From positions 16,060,001 through 16,124,000 of the forward strand of contig NC_058383.1 in assembly GCF_018350175.1 (NCBI RefSeq): a stretch of 64,000 bases of DNA, written 5' to 3'. Made by a program: the position numbers and the translations under genes. The notes under the pieces are model-generated. The model ran no database searches and was not told the DNA's origin. It worked only from the letters and a program-made list of their open reading frames with translations. This DNA comes from Felis catus. Taxonomy: Eukaryota. Of the stretch, positions 1 through 12,100 are shown in pieces. The stretch's first letter is position 1; each line of letters opens with the position of its first letter.

Positions 1-190
1 TCTTCAGAGTTTAGAATCCTACCATTACTATATGGAACTTGATACTTCTCTACATCTCAGCCAAGTTAATCAAAAGTTTTGATCTTTGCCAATCTAATAC
101 ATTAAAAACGTTTTCAATATAGTTTCAATTTGCTCTTATGGCTGAAATTTCCTGTTTAAGAACTATTTGTGTTTATTTTCAACTGTCTTT

Positions 191-362
191 TTTTAAGTTT
201 GTTTGTTTTGAGAGAGAGAGAAGAGAAGGAGAGAATTCCAAGCAGGTTCCACACTGTCAGCGCAGAGCCCAATGCAGGGCTCGAACTCAAGAACCATGAG
301 ATCATGGTCTGAGCCGAAATCAAGAGTTGGATGCTTAACTGACTGAGCCACCCAGGTGCCCC
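191..362 (-). mobile_element. CAN-SINE
   Basis: tRNA-derived head, CT-rich tract and tail; TSD TATTTTCAACTGTCTTT at 174-190 and 363-379. Confidence 0.9.
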
Positions 363-439
363 TATTTTCAACTGTCTTTGAATGTACTGTGCCCACTCGT
401 CTGTTGAGATGTTGGTCCTTCCTGTATTTATTTAAAAGG

Positions 440-655
440 GGGGCGCCTGGGTGGCGCAGTCGGTTAAGCGTCCGACTTCAGCCAGGTCACGATCTCGCGG
501 TCCGTGAGTTCGAGCCCCGCGTCGGGCTCTGGGCTGATGGCTCAGAGCCTGGAGCCTGTTTCCGATTCTGTGTCTCCCTCTCTCTCTGCCCCTCCCCCGT
601 TCATGCTCTGTCTCTCTCTGTCCCAAAAATAAATAAACGTTGAAAAAAAAATTTT
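440..655 (+). mobile_element. Young felid CAN-SINE (SINEC_Fc-type)
   Basis: GGGGCGCCTGGGTGGCGCAGTCGGTTAAGCGTCCGACTTCAGCCAGGTCACG... with CpGs intact, (CT)n tract and A-rich tail. Confidence 0.95.
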
Positions 656-855
656 TTTAAAGGATTCCTCTTTTCCTTTTCTTTAAAGGAAATTAGCTCC
701 TTGAAAATGATGCACGGCAAATATTTTTTCCCAGTTTATCTTTGGCATTCCAACTTCATTTATGCTAGTTTTTGCCATGCACAGGTTTTGTCTGCCTTTA
801 TGCAAATTAATCAACTTTTTCTCTTTATGGTTTCTGAGATTTTATAAAACTTAGA

Positions 856-2140
856 GCAACTGGAACTCTCATATGTTGCTGGTGGGAATGTAACCTGGTA
901 TACTCACTGTGGAAAACAGTTTGGCAATATACACTAAAATTAAACATATATGTAGCCTATGACCCACCACTTCCACTCAATTCCAAGAACAAATGAGTAC
1001 TTAACACCCAACAAACACATACAAGAGTGTTCTAAGCAGTTTTATTCATTTTAGCAAAAAAAAAAAAAAAAAAGGAAACAAAAGTTTCTATCAATGATAG
1101 TGTGGCATATTAACACAATACTACACAATAAAAAAGAACTGCTACATGCAACATAAATAAATCTCATATAGTGTTAAGCGAAAGAAATGAGACACAAAAG
1201 AAGACTTAATATATTGATTTATTTGAAGATCAAAAACAGGCAAAACTAACTGATGGCCAGAGGCCCAAAAAGCGATTACCACCAAGGGGGTTGGTACTGA
1301 CTAGGAGGCAAATATAAGAGAAACTTTGAGGGTGCTAGAGAGTCTATTTCCTAATCTAGGTGACAGATCCTGTTACACGTGTACAGATACATAAAAAATA
1401 TTGGCCCTTTAAAATATGTGTACTTTCCTTTTTAAAAAATTTTTTTTTAATTTTTTAAATTTACATCCAAATTAGTATATAGTGCAACAATGATTTCAGG
1501 AGTAGATTCCTTAGTGCCCCTTCCCCATTTAGCCCATCCCCCCTCCCACAACCCCTCCAGTAACCCTCAGTTTGTTCTCCATATTTATGAGTCTCTTCTG
1601 TTTTGTCCCCCTCCCTATTTTTATATTATTTTTGTTTCCCTTCCCTTATGTTCATCTGTTTTGTCTCTTAAAGTCCTCATATGAGTGAAGTCATACGATT
1701 TTTGTCTTTCTCTGACTAATTTCACTTAGCATAATACCCTCCAGTTCCATCCACGTAGTTGCAAATGGCAAGATTGCATTCTTTTTGGTTGCTGAGTAAC
1801 GCTCCATTGTGTGTGTGTGTATATATATGTGTGTGTATATATATACACACACATATATATACCACATCTTCTTTATCCATTCATCCATCCATGGACATTT
1901 GGGCTCTTTCCATACTTTGGCTGTTGATAGTGCTGCTATAAACATGGGAGTGCACGTGTCCCTTCGAAACAGCACACCTGTATCCCTTGGATAAATGCCT
2001 AGTGTTCAATTGCTGGGTCGTAGGGTAGTTCTATTTTTAGTTTTTTGAGGAACCTCCATATTGTTTTCGAGAGTGGCTGCACCAGCTTGCATTCCCAAAA
2101 TATGTGTACTTTCCTATCTGTGAATTGTATCTCAATAAAA
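856..2140 (+). mobile_element. Old L1M 3' fragment, interrupted by a younger L1
   Basis: gcaactggaactctcatatgttgctggtgggaatgt... ORF2-end/3' UTR motifs; resumes after the TSD at 2097 and ends ctcaataaaag. Confidence 0.75.
1430..2096 (-). mobile_element. 5'-truncated carnivore/felid L1 3' end
   Basis: ORF2 C-terminal peptide (TCTPMFIAALST..WKEPKCP..DEWIKKMWYIY) and 3' UTR; perfect 19-bp TSD AAAATATGTGTACTTTCCT at 1411-1429 and 2097-2115. Confidence 0.92.
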
Positions 2141-2436
2141 GCTTTTCTTTTTTTTTAAGTGAGATGGCAAGCTAGCTTTCTTTTTCCTCAAATGACTAAC
2201 ACAATACTACTTACTTATCGAAGAATTCACTGTTTTCACCTTCATTACCTGTGACATTTCTATAAATGAGGTCACAGCACTACTCTCAGCTCTGTTCTGG
2301 GGATAACCTACCTGCTCCGGCATGCTTAATCACTTCAGCTTGAACCCTGACTTTCACAGTACTAATTCTCCTTCGTGAATTATTGATTTTCATATTTTAT
2401 AAAAAATTCCATTTGTGTTCTTTCATATAAACTTTA

Positions 2437-2654
2437 AAACATTTTTTTTTCTTAACGTTTTATTTATTTTTCAGACAGGGAGAGACAGAGCATGAACAGG
2501 GGAGGGGCAGAGAGAGGGAGACACAGAATCTGAAACAGGCTCCAGGCTCTGAGCTGTCAGTGCAGAGCCCGATGCGGGGCTCGAACTCACAGACCGCGAG
2601 ATCATGACCTGAGCGAAGTCGGCCGCTCAACCGACTGAGCCACCCAGGCGCCCC
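2437..2654 (-). mobile_element. CAN-SINE
   Basis: Consensus match; TSD TTTCATATAAACTTTA at 2421-2436 and 2655-2670. Confidence 0.92.
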
Positions 2655-2999
2655 TTTCATATAAACTTTAGAATCATGTTTTTAAAAGCCTGTGGAAATA
2701 TTAACTGGGATTACACTGAATTTACAAATTATGTTTGATCAACTCCAAAATACCTTCAATGTAAGATGTACAATTTTATGTAACCCTAAAAAAAGGACAT
2801 TGCCACCCTGACATAATGCTGCCTTGTGACTGGGGATTTTTCTTTTAGGCTTATTAAAATAGCTCTTTTAGCATATGCATATGAATTGTGCTTATAATGA
2901 AAGGAAAATAAGTAAAATAAACTGGTTAAGATGTTCATAAATAAAACTTCTTCACTACTACCACATGGCCAGAAGTGACTAGAAGGTATCCTCAATTTT

Positions 3000-3220
3000 T
3001 TTTTTTAATTTTTTTTTCAACGTTTATTTATTTTTGGGACAGAGAGAGACAGAGCATGAATGGGCGAGGGTCAGAGAGAGAGGGAGACACAGAAACGGAA
3101 ACAGGCTCCAGGCTCTGAGCCATCAGCCCAGAGCCCGACGCGGGGCTCGAACTCACGGACCGCGAGATCATGACCTGGCTGAAGTCGGACGCTTAACCGA
3201 CTGCGCCACCCAGGCGCCCC
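3000..3220 (-). mobile_element. Young felid CAN-SINE
   Basis: Near-identical to 440-655; TSD AAGGTATCCTCAATTTT at 2983-2999 and 3221-3237. Confidence 0.95.
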
Positions 3221-3253
3221 AAGGTATCCTCAATTTTAAGGCATATCTCAATT

Positions 3254-3476
3254 AAAAAAATTTTTTAATGTTTGCTTATTTTTAAGAGAGAGAGACAGAG
3301 ACAGAGCACGAGTGGGGTGGGGGCAGAGAGAGAGAGGGAGACAGAATCCAAAGCAGTCTCTAGGCTCTGAGCTGTCAGCACAGAGCCCTACACAGGGCTT
3401 GAACTCGCAAGCCACGAGACCATGACCTGAGCCGAAGTTGGACGCTTAATCAACCCAGGTTAAGCCCAGGCACCCC
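3254..3476 (-). mobile_element. CAN-SINE
   Basis: TSD AAGGCATATCTCAATT at 3238-3253 and 3477-3492. Confidence 0.9.
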
Positions 3477-3729
3477 AAGGCATATCTCAATTTTAGAAAT
3501 GACAAGACGCAAAAGTGTATTTAGCAGACAGTCTACAGGGATAATGATATCTTTCCAATGTGACAGTTACCCTATCTAAGAAAAAGTTATGTTTCAGCAT
3601 TTATTCAATTCTTTTATGTCCTTCAGTGAAGTTTCACATTTTTCAGAGATACCCTTTGTCTTCTTGTTAAATGTTTTGTTTTTTTTTTAATGTATTTTGA
3701 TATAGACTTTTTTCACTTTAAAAATTCTG

Positions 3730-4788
3730 TTAGGAAGATGTGCAAAACTGCTGTTTAGAAATCTACAAAACATTACTGAGAAAAAAATTAAAGAAGACCA
3801 AAACACACTGAGAGACAATGTTCATGAACTGGAAGATGCAACTGTGTAAATATTTCAATTATCCCTAAACTTATTCAATGCCAATTCCAATCAAAATCCT
3901 AACAAGTATTCTTGTAGAATCTTACAACCTGATTCTAAAATGTATATACAAATGCAAGGAGCCAAAAATAACCAAGATTTATTATTTACTATTTATCAAG
4001 ATTTATAAAGCTACACAGTAACTCTCAAACCTGAGATTCTAAAGAGCTTCAGTTCATGTGCTTTTATCTATTATATTTATCACACTTGAAATTAAAAGAG
4101 AAAACTGAAATATTTGTTCACTTAACAATAACAAGAGGGGTGCCTGGGTGGCTCTCTCGGTTAAGCTTCCGACTTCGGCTCAGGTCATGATCTCGCAGTT
4201 TGTGAGTTCGAGCCCCATGTCGGGCTCTGTGCCGACAGCTCGTAGCCTGCAGCCTGCTTCGGATTCTGTGTCTCCCTCTCTCTCTGCCCCTCCCCTGGTT
4301 GTGCTCTCTCTCTGTCTCTCAATAATAAATAAATGTTAAGGAAAAAAAATGTTTTAATTAAAAAAAATAACAAGAAATCCATTACATATTAACAGATAAA
4401 TTCTTTATGAAAAATCACTATTTTCCAAAACAAAAACTTAGTGAAGAGTCACATCTGGCTTAAAAGGAGACAGTTTTTGTCTAGAGACAATTAAAAAAAA
4501 TTCCACATAGATTGTTGACCTAAATGTGAAAGACAAAATGTAAGAGAAAATATCTTTAGAGAATATCTTCAATACCAAGATACAAAAAGCTGATTATAAA
4601 GGAGAAGGTTAACTATGTTAAAACTAATAATTTCTGTTAATCAAAACATACCTTTAAGAAAATGAAAAGGCAAAGCAAGCCACAGAGTGGAAGAGAATAT
4701 ACACAACACAGATTATCTGAAAAAATATACATGAACATACATAGACATATAGACACATGTATATACATACACACATATATACATATAA

Positions 4789-4840
<52 letters not shown>

Positions 4841-5089
4841 CTTAAAATGAATAAGACAAAGAACGAACACCAGGTAGAAAAATGGGCAAAAGACTTTAAT
4901 GAGCCTTTCAAAGAGAAGATATCTAAATGGCCAGCAAAAAAACAGAGGAAAGGCTGCTCAACCCCTTTAGTAATTAGGGAAATGCAAATTAAAACCAAAT
5001 AGGAATGTTAAATAGAACAACCACTTTGGGAAACTGTTCTATAGTTTCTAACAAAATTAAATACCTACCCTATGACCCAAAAATACACT

Positions 5090-5138
<49 letters not shown>

Positions 5139-6380
5139 AAATCATACAATGGCGCTAAGCAATAAAAAAATAACTGATAAAACCAACAACTTGGATGAAC
5201 TGCTATTATGCTGGGCAAAAGAAGCCAGACACAAGAGAGTGCATACTGTTAGGAGTCTTTTTACATGAAGTTCAAGAATAGGAAAAGCAAATTTACAGTG
5301 ATAGAAGTCAAAACAGTATTGTCAGGGGGCGCCTGGGTAGCTCAGTGGGTTGAGTGACCGACTTCGGCTCAGGTCATGATCTCACGTTTGTGAGTTCGAG
5401 CCCTGCGTTCGAGCCCCTGGAGCCTGCTTCTGATTCTGTGTCCCCCTTTCTCTCTGCCCCTCCCCCACTCATGCTCTGTCTCTCTCTGTCTGAGAAATAA
5501 ACAAACATAAAAAAATTTTTTAAAAAAACAGTATTGTCAGAATAACAGCTTCTGACTGAAAAGTTGCATAAGAGTACTTTCTGAGGTGATAGGAATGTTC
5601 TTCTGAGTAGTGGCACATGCATATATAAAAAAATTTTCAAGTTGTACATTTAGGATTTTTGCATTTTACTGAAATACACCTCAATAACCCACAAAAATCC
5701 ATTACATATATACCAGAATGGCTAATAAAATTTAATAGACTGACAATTCCAACACCCGACAAACAGGTAGAACAACAGGAAATCTCATACATTGTTGGTA
5801 GGAATCTAAATTATTGCAATCACTTTGGAAAACAGTCTGGCATTACCAACTAAAATTGAAGACACACAAAAATGTTCATAGCAGCATTATTCATAATTGC
5901 TGCAAAGTGAAAGCAACTTAAGTGTCCATCCAAAAAAAGTGAGTAAGTTAATTGTGATGTATCTGTATAACAGAATAGTCAGCAATGACACATAAACTCT
6001 AGCTCCGTAAAACATGGATGAATTTCACAAAATACTGTTGAGTGAAAGCAGCCAGAATAAAGAATACAAACTAAATGGTTCCATTTAAATGGAACCGTTT
6101 ACAAAGTTCAAAAAGCAGGAAAAACTAAACCAAGTTTAGATGCAACCTCAGGTAGAAAAGTAAGAAAGTGAGTATCATAAAAGTCAGGACAGAAGTTAGT
6201 TACTCTTGAGAAGGAGGAAGAGTATATTTGATAAGGAGGGGGTTAAGGGAGGGCTTTCTGAAGACAATAGTCTATTTGATGACCTGGATGTTGGTTACAA
6301 GGGTTATGCTTTGTCATTACTACGTCAAAAAAGATGCACAGCTCAATGTCTCTTCCATATGTATGTTACAAATCAGAACA
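3730..6380 (+). mobile_element. Fragmented old L1M (ORF2 and 3' parts) with nested hAT-Charlie-like fragment (~4016-4470), CAN-SINEs (4137-4360, 5326-5520) and (TA)n/(TG)n microsatellites
   Basis: L1 motifs such as aaatgggcaaaagac, tagtaattagggaaatgcaaattaaaacca and ctgggcaaaagaagccagacacaa; Charlie1-like ccattacatattaacagataaa..ttttccaaaacaaaaacttagtgaagag. Confidence 0.7.
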
Positions 6381-6402
6381 AAAAAGGTTTAAAAAAAAAT
6401 CA

Positions 6403-6620
6403 GGGGCGCCTGGGTGGCGCAGTCGGTTAAGCGTCCGACTTCAGCCAGGTCACGATCTCACTGTCCGTGAGTTCGAGCCCCGCGTCAGGCTCTGGGCTGA
6501 TGGCTCAGAGCCTGGAGCCTGTTTCCGATTCTGTGTCTCCCTCTCTCTCTGCCCCTCCCCCGTTCATGCTCTCTCTCTCTGTCCCAAAAATAAAATAAAC
6601 GTTGAAAAAAAAAATCTTTA
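6403..6620 (+). mobile_element. Young felid CAN-SINE
   Basis: Near-identical to 440-655. Confidence 0.95.
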
Positions 6621-6639
6621 AAAAAAAAAAAATCAATGG

Positions 6640-7190
6640 GACCTGGTGATTGATTGGATTTGGTGGGGGAGGGGAGGGTGGAGAAACAACCAAGGACAAC
6701 TCCCAGGTTTCTGACTTGCACAACTGCTGGGGCAGTGATGCCTTTCACTGGGATCAGAAAAAGCATTTTCAGGGTAAGAATATTAATTAAATCTTGGACA
6801 CATTAAACTTATAGCACTTTGGAGACATCTAACTAGAGATGTCCAGCAGGCAATTAGATATGCAGATCTACAGTTCAAAAGAGAGATATAAATTTTGAGG
6901 CTATAGACATAAATTTCCAGGCTAGAGATATAAATTTTAGGTTCATCTGTGAGTGATGCCATGAACACGGACATGACTGTTTAGAGAAAGAAGACTAACA
7001 AGAGGGTAGGGCTGATTCCTGGTAAACCAACATAATGGGTAATTGCAGGAGGATAAGCCAGTAAAGAAAGCTGAGAAGGAACCAAGTGGTAGGAGGAAAA
7101 TCAAGAACATGTCATGAACCATTAAGCAAGGGAAGAGAACGTCTCATGAGTAATAAGTCACCCACTGCAGGTTGATGCATACTTAAGAGA
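6640..7190 (-). mobile_element. L2 fragment
   Basis: gacatctaactagagatgtccagcaggcaattagatatgcagatct is the reverse of the L2 core motif. Confidence 0.65.
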
Positions 7191-8099
7191 GAATATGGCT
7201 TATGTGCAATACTCAGCAAGCCAGTTTTTATTCCACCTCTTTCTGGTTGATTTGAGACAACAACCCAAAAGAAAAACCAATGCTTCTGAGAATGGCTGAA
7301 AGTTTCTATGTTATCTTTATAAGTGGGCAATCAAGGCCCTTCTCACTGTTCTTTCTCCCTGATTCTCACGAAGGAAGAGGACAGATTTGAGAACACTGAT
7401 TGGGTCTGTGTGATACTGGGTAGAATCGCCATTAAAAGTTCAGCACACGAGTACAGGCTCACTTTTCTGCTTCTTCTACATGACTAGAGTGGTATGAGAA
7501 GCCCTCAAGAGGGTTTCTCTTCTCTAAGTGAGAGCCAGGGCCAAACCTACTACTTGGGCAGAAAAGGCCTGAGGCGTGTGGCCAAGGCCAGATCAGCAGT
7601 CAGCCAAAGCAAATGTGCGCTTTGGTTACACAGCCCTGGGCACTGATAGGAATGAGTTAGAGCAGGCTTTGCTCACATCACAAAGGAAAAATCTAGCCAT
7701 GTTTGAGAATTGGGGAGATGAAAGGGGTCCATATCACAGCCTGTTTTAGTTTGAAACAATTTAAGACTAACTGGATTAAAAAAAAAAAAAATTCCACATG
7801 AACCCAGCTGGGCTCATTACATTCTTTTGTCTTGGGAGTTTGGTACCCAAGTCCTAGTTAAGAATAAATGCAAAGTATTTTAGTTTTTCATTTGTAAGTA
7901 CAAATATTTAACATAAATTTCTTCCTTGGGGAGCCTATAGACTTGAAAATAGTGGTTGCAGACTAGAGAAAATTGTTCCTGAGATCCATGACCAGGAATA
8001 CCATCATAAAATTTCTCAATTTACAGCACCACATAAATCACATACAAAACAAGACCACAATGGGCATCTAGGTTAAAATGATAACAGATTAGTAACTCC

Positions 8100-9104
8100 A
8101 GAAATAGATACAATATGTTACTGGATGGGAAGTTTTGAGTAAAGGTTGACTCCCAAATTCATCTAAAAATTAAGTACAATTCTAATCAAAATCTCATTGG
8201 GATGTTTTTTAGAACTCATCAAAATAAATTCTAAAATTCACCTGAGATGGAATAGCCAAAACATTTTTTAAAATGAGCATATTTGCCCTATCAGATGTCA
8301 AATTACTATTTAAAACCACAGGGCAGATGGGGACTATAGTAATGGAAATGTGTGGAAACACAGACAACATGTCACTAGAACAGAGCTGAGAATCCAGAAA
8401 GAGGCCCTATATAGAATACAAGGAAATTCTTGTGGTACTTCAAATATGGTCAAGTCAATAAATTGGGAGTTAGGCAAAACTCTATCAATTTAGAAAAAAG
8501 TTAGATCCCTACCTCACACCACACACAAAAGTATATTCCATTCAAACTAAAGGAGCTAAATATGAAAAAAAATTCAAACAAAATATATGAAAGTTAAAAA
8601 AAAAAAACAACCAACTTGGGATGCTACAGATTTTGCTGAACAAGATTAATGAAAGAAAAAAAAAAAAAAAACATGTTTTAAAACAATAGCTACATTTTAT
8701 GAGCATTTACTTTTGTGCCAGGTGCTATACTGTTTACAGAAACTGGTGCATTGGTACACTTCATATTCACAATAATCCTGAGTTAGACACTACTGTCACC
8801 CTCATTTTATGAAGAGGAAACTGAGACAAAAGAGAGATCAAGTTATGCAGCCAAGATTTCAATCCAGGTACTCTTGCTCTATAGAAGTCTGTGATATTAA
8901 TTTTTAACACAATGCACAAGCAGAAATAAATCAAACTTATAAAACACAGTGTAGTTGAGTATACTCCACCTTAATTCATATTTTGTCATGGATCTTCCAC
9001 TATTTTACTTCTCAAATACAATGATTATTTTTTTTTATTTTTGAGAGAGAGAGCATGCACAAGCAGAGGAGGGACACATACAGAGAGAGAGATAGAGACA
9101 GAGA

Positions 9105-9136
<32 letters not shown>

Positions 9137-12100
9137 CAGAGAGAGAGACACACACAGAGAGAGAGAGAGACACAGAGAGATGTACAGAATCTGATACAGG
9201 CTCCAGGCTCTGAGCTGTCAGTGCAAAGCCCAATGCAGGGGCTCGAACTCTGAAGTTTGAGATCATGACCTGAGCCAAAGTCGGACGCTTAACCGACTGA
9301 GCCACCCAGACACTCCTCAATGAATATTTTTAAAGTGGTCAATAATCACACAACAGTGAAAATAGCATCCTTGAAATTCCCCTAAGTTATAGATGCTCAT
9401 AATGAAAGCAACTTTATAGCTTATAATCTAATGGTTTTAAAAATTCTTAGTAAAAGAATTTTTTCCAAATGAAATTTTATGTGGATCTATAATGAGAAAC
9501 AGGTTAAAGTAGTATTTCATTCTATCACTGTATTTTATTTAAGTATTTACAGCTTTTTAAGTGTTTTATTTTATTTATTTTAAATAGGCTCCACGCCCAA
9601 CGTGGGGCTTGAACCCACAACCCTGAGATCAAGAGTCTGATGCTCTACTGACTGAGCCAGCCAGGCACCCCCTTATCAGTATATTTTAAAAGCTCAAGAT
9701 TATAACATTTACAATGAAGGTGTTCTGATTGACACAAACTAAATTATGGATGATTGGGGCAGTCAGACTTGTTATGTTTTGATTGCACAGTATCAAGAAA
9801 AGCCCGATCCAAAGAGATTAGCCGTTGCAAATGATAAAGACTTTTTTTGTCATTTTTTAATAGTACATTAATGCTATCTAAGGATTTTATTATACCTGTC
9901 CAGAAGTCTAAGTAGAAGAACATTCCTAAGTTAAATCTCTAATAATAAATCTTAAAATATGTAATAATAATGACATGACATATTATGCATAAAGCAGTCA
10001 CATGTAATAGTATAAGGCAGTAAGAGTTCCATAATAGTGAATTTGCTGATATAATTTTACATGAGCAAACAAGCACCGGCCTGAAATTTTAAAATACCAA
10101 TATATAGCTGTAATTCTTCTAATCAATAGTATTTTTTAGAATTCAAGTATATACACAAAGAAAGCAAGAAACTCTATTATAAGGATTGTTATCCTGAATG
10201 GTGGTATTATGGATAATTTTAATTTTTTTTTTTTATCTTGAGAGAGAGAGAGTGCACGAGCAGGGGAGAGGCAGAGAGAGAGGGAGAGAGAGAAAATCCC
10301 AAGCAGGCTCTGTACCCGCAGCATGGAGCCCAACACAGGGCTGATCCCCCAAACCGTGAGATCATGACCTGAGCCAAAATCAAGAGTAAGACACTTAACC
10401 GACTGAGCCACCCAACTGCCCTAGGATAATTTTAATTTTGTCCTTTTGCTTATTTTCCCTCAAATATTCTAAACATGTTACTTTCCCCCTCTTCTTTTTT
10501 ACTTTCTATCTCAAAATAACTATAAATCACAGGGATTTGCAAAAAATGCACAGAATGGTCCCCAGGTCACTTTTCCAAACTTTATATCTTCGTTAATATC
10601 TTGCATAACTATAGTACAATATCACAATGAGGAAACTAATCTTGTTTTGTTTTTTGTTGTTTTTTTTTTGAAAGAGAGAAAGAGGAAAGAGCAGGGAACA
10701 GGCAGAAAGGGAAGGATCAGAGGATCCAAAGTGGGCTCCATGCTGACAGCAGAGAGCCCAACACAGAACCCGTACCCACAAACCTTAAGATCATGACCTG
10801 AGCCAAAGTTGGACATTCAACCTACTGACCCACCCAGGTACCCCCAGGAAACTAATCTGGGTACAATCTAGAGTTTACTGAGATTTCACTACCTGCATGT
10901 TTGTGTATGTGTGTGTTTCTATGCAATTTTATCACATTTGTAGCTTCGTGTAACCACAACTGAAATACTGAACTGTTCCTTCCCCACAAGGCTCCCCTCA
11001 AGCTACCTGCCTTAACCAAGCCATCCCTTCCCCCATTCTGAACTCCCTGGCAATTACTAATCTGTTCTCCATTGCTATCATTTTGTTATTTCAATAATGC
11101 TATATAAATGCAATCATACAGTATGCAACTATTTAAGATTGGTACTTTTTCTCACCTAGCATAACTATCCTGTGAGATAACCTGGCAGTATAAATCAGTG
11201 GTCTCTACTGTGTTAAAAAATTTAGCATGTTATGCAATTGAGTATATATAAATGTTTATAATGTTTTAAAGTGTAACATGTTAAAATGTGAATCAAATGC
11301 TTATGAAATCCCTGTTGTACCACCACACAACTAGGAGTTTGGGGAATGAATTTTGAAAACGGATAATCTAATACCAATCTACTGCAACTGAATACAAATA
11401 CTATATAGAAGAGAAACCCAAGGCTCAGTGCTTTTCAGTTTTGTCCAAGTTTACAAGAACACATGGTTTATAAGAATGACTGGTTTTGCATTTTTCGGGA
11501 CAAGCTCTAGATTCCAGTCCTTTCCCAACCCAGGTGGGTCTATGTTACATCCAAATATGGCCACTTGCTAGTCCCCCCAAAGGGCCACCATTTTCTGCCT
11601 TTCCCAATACTGTTCCCTAGAGTCTTCCAAATTGTCAAGGAAATGAATTCCTGTTAAATTCCTACTTATGTATGGTGATTTAGCCAGCACCACACCCCAG
11701 GCCCAATTCTCCTGACTCCATGTACAGTAGGTCCATGACTCAACATCTCTCTCAGAAAGGGCTACCCCACCCTAGTACGAATTCAAACTAACTTTCTCCC
11801 CTCCCCGCCTCTGGTGCCTAGATGCCCTTTATCTTCCTTTCCTTGGCAATTCTGTTAAGTCTTCCTGATAGCTCACCCCACTGCATACCTGTTCACTAAG
11901 TGTGACAAACTCCTTATCTTCACAAGTTGAGGATTAGAAGGCAACCACTCCAGAAACAACTTCTTATATACCATACCTTCATGGTAATGTCCTTACTTTT
12001 CTAAAAAAATTGCTCTAAAAAAGTAAAAGCTATAATACAAACACTAGGCATTTTGGCATACAGATGTTAAAAAAAATGGCACCAAGGTTGGCATAGTTTA

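Noticed and set aside
156..643. Recurrent 60-100 aa ORFs (SAQVMIS..., GAPGWRSRLS..., here and throughout) and tRNA-like A/B boxes
   Set aside because: Translations of CAN-SINEs; the tRNA-derived heads are not tRNA genes.
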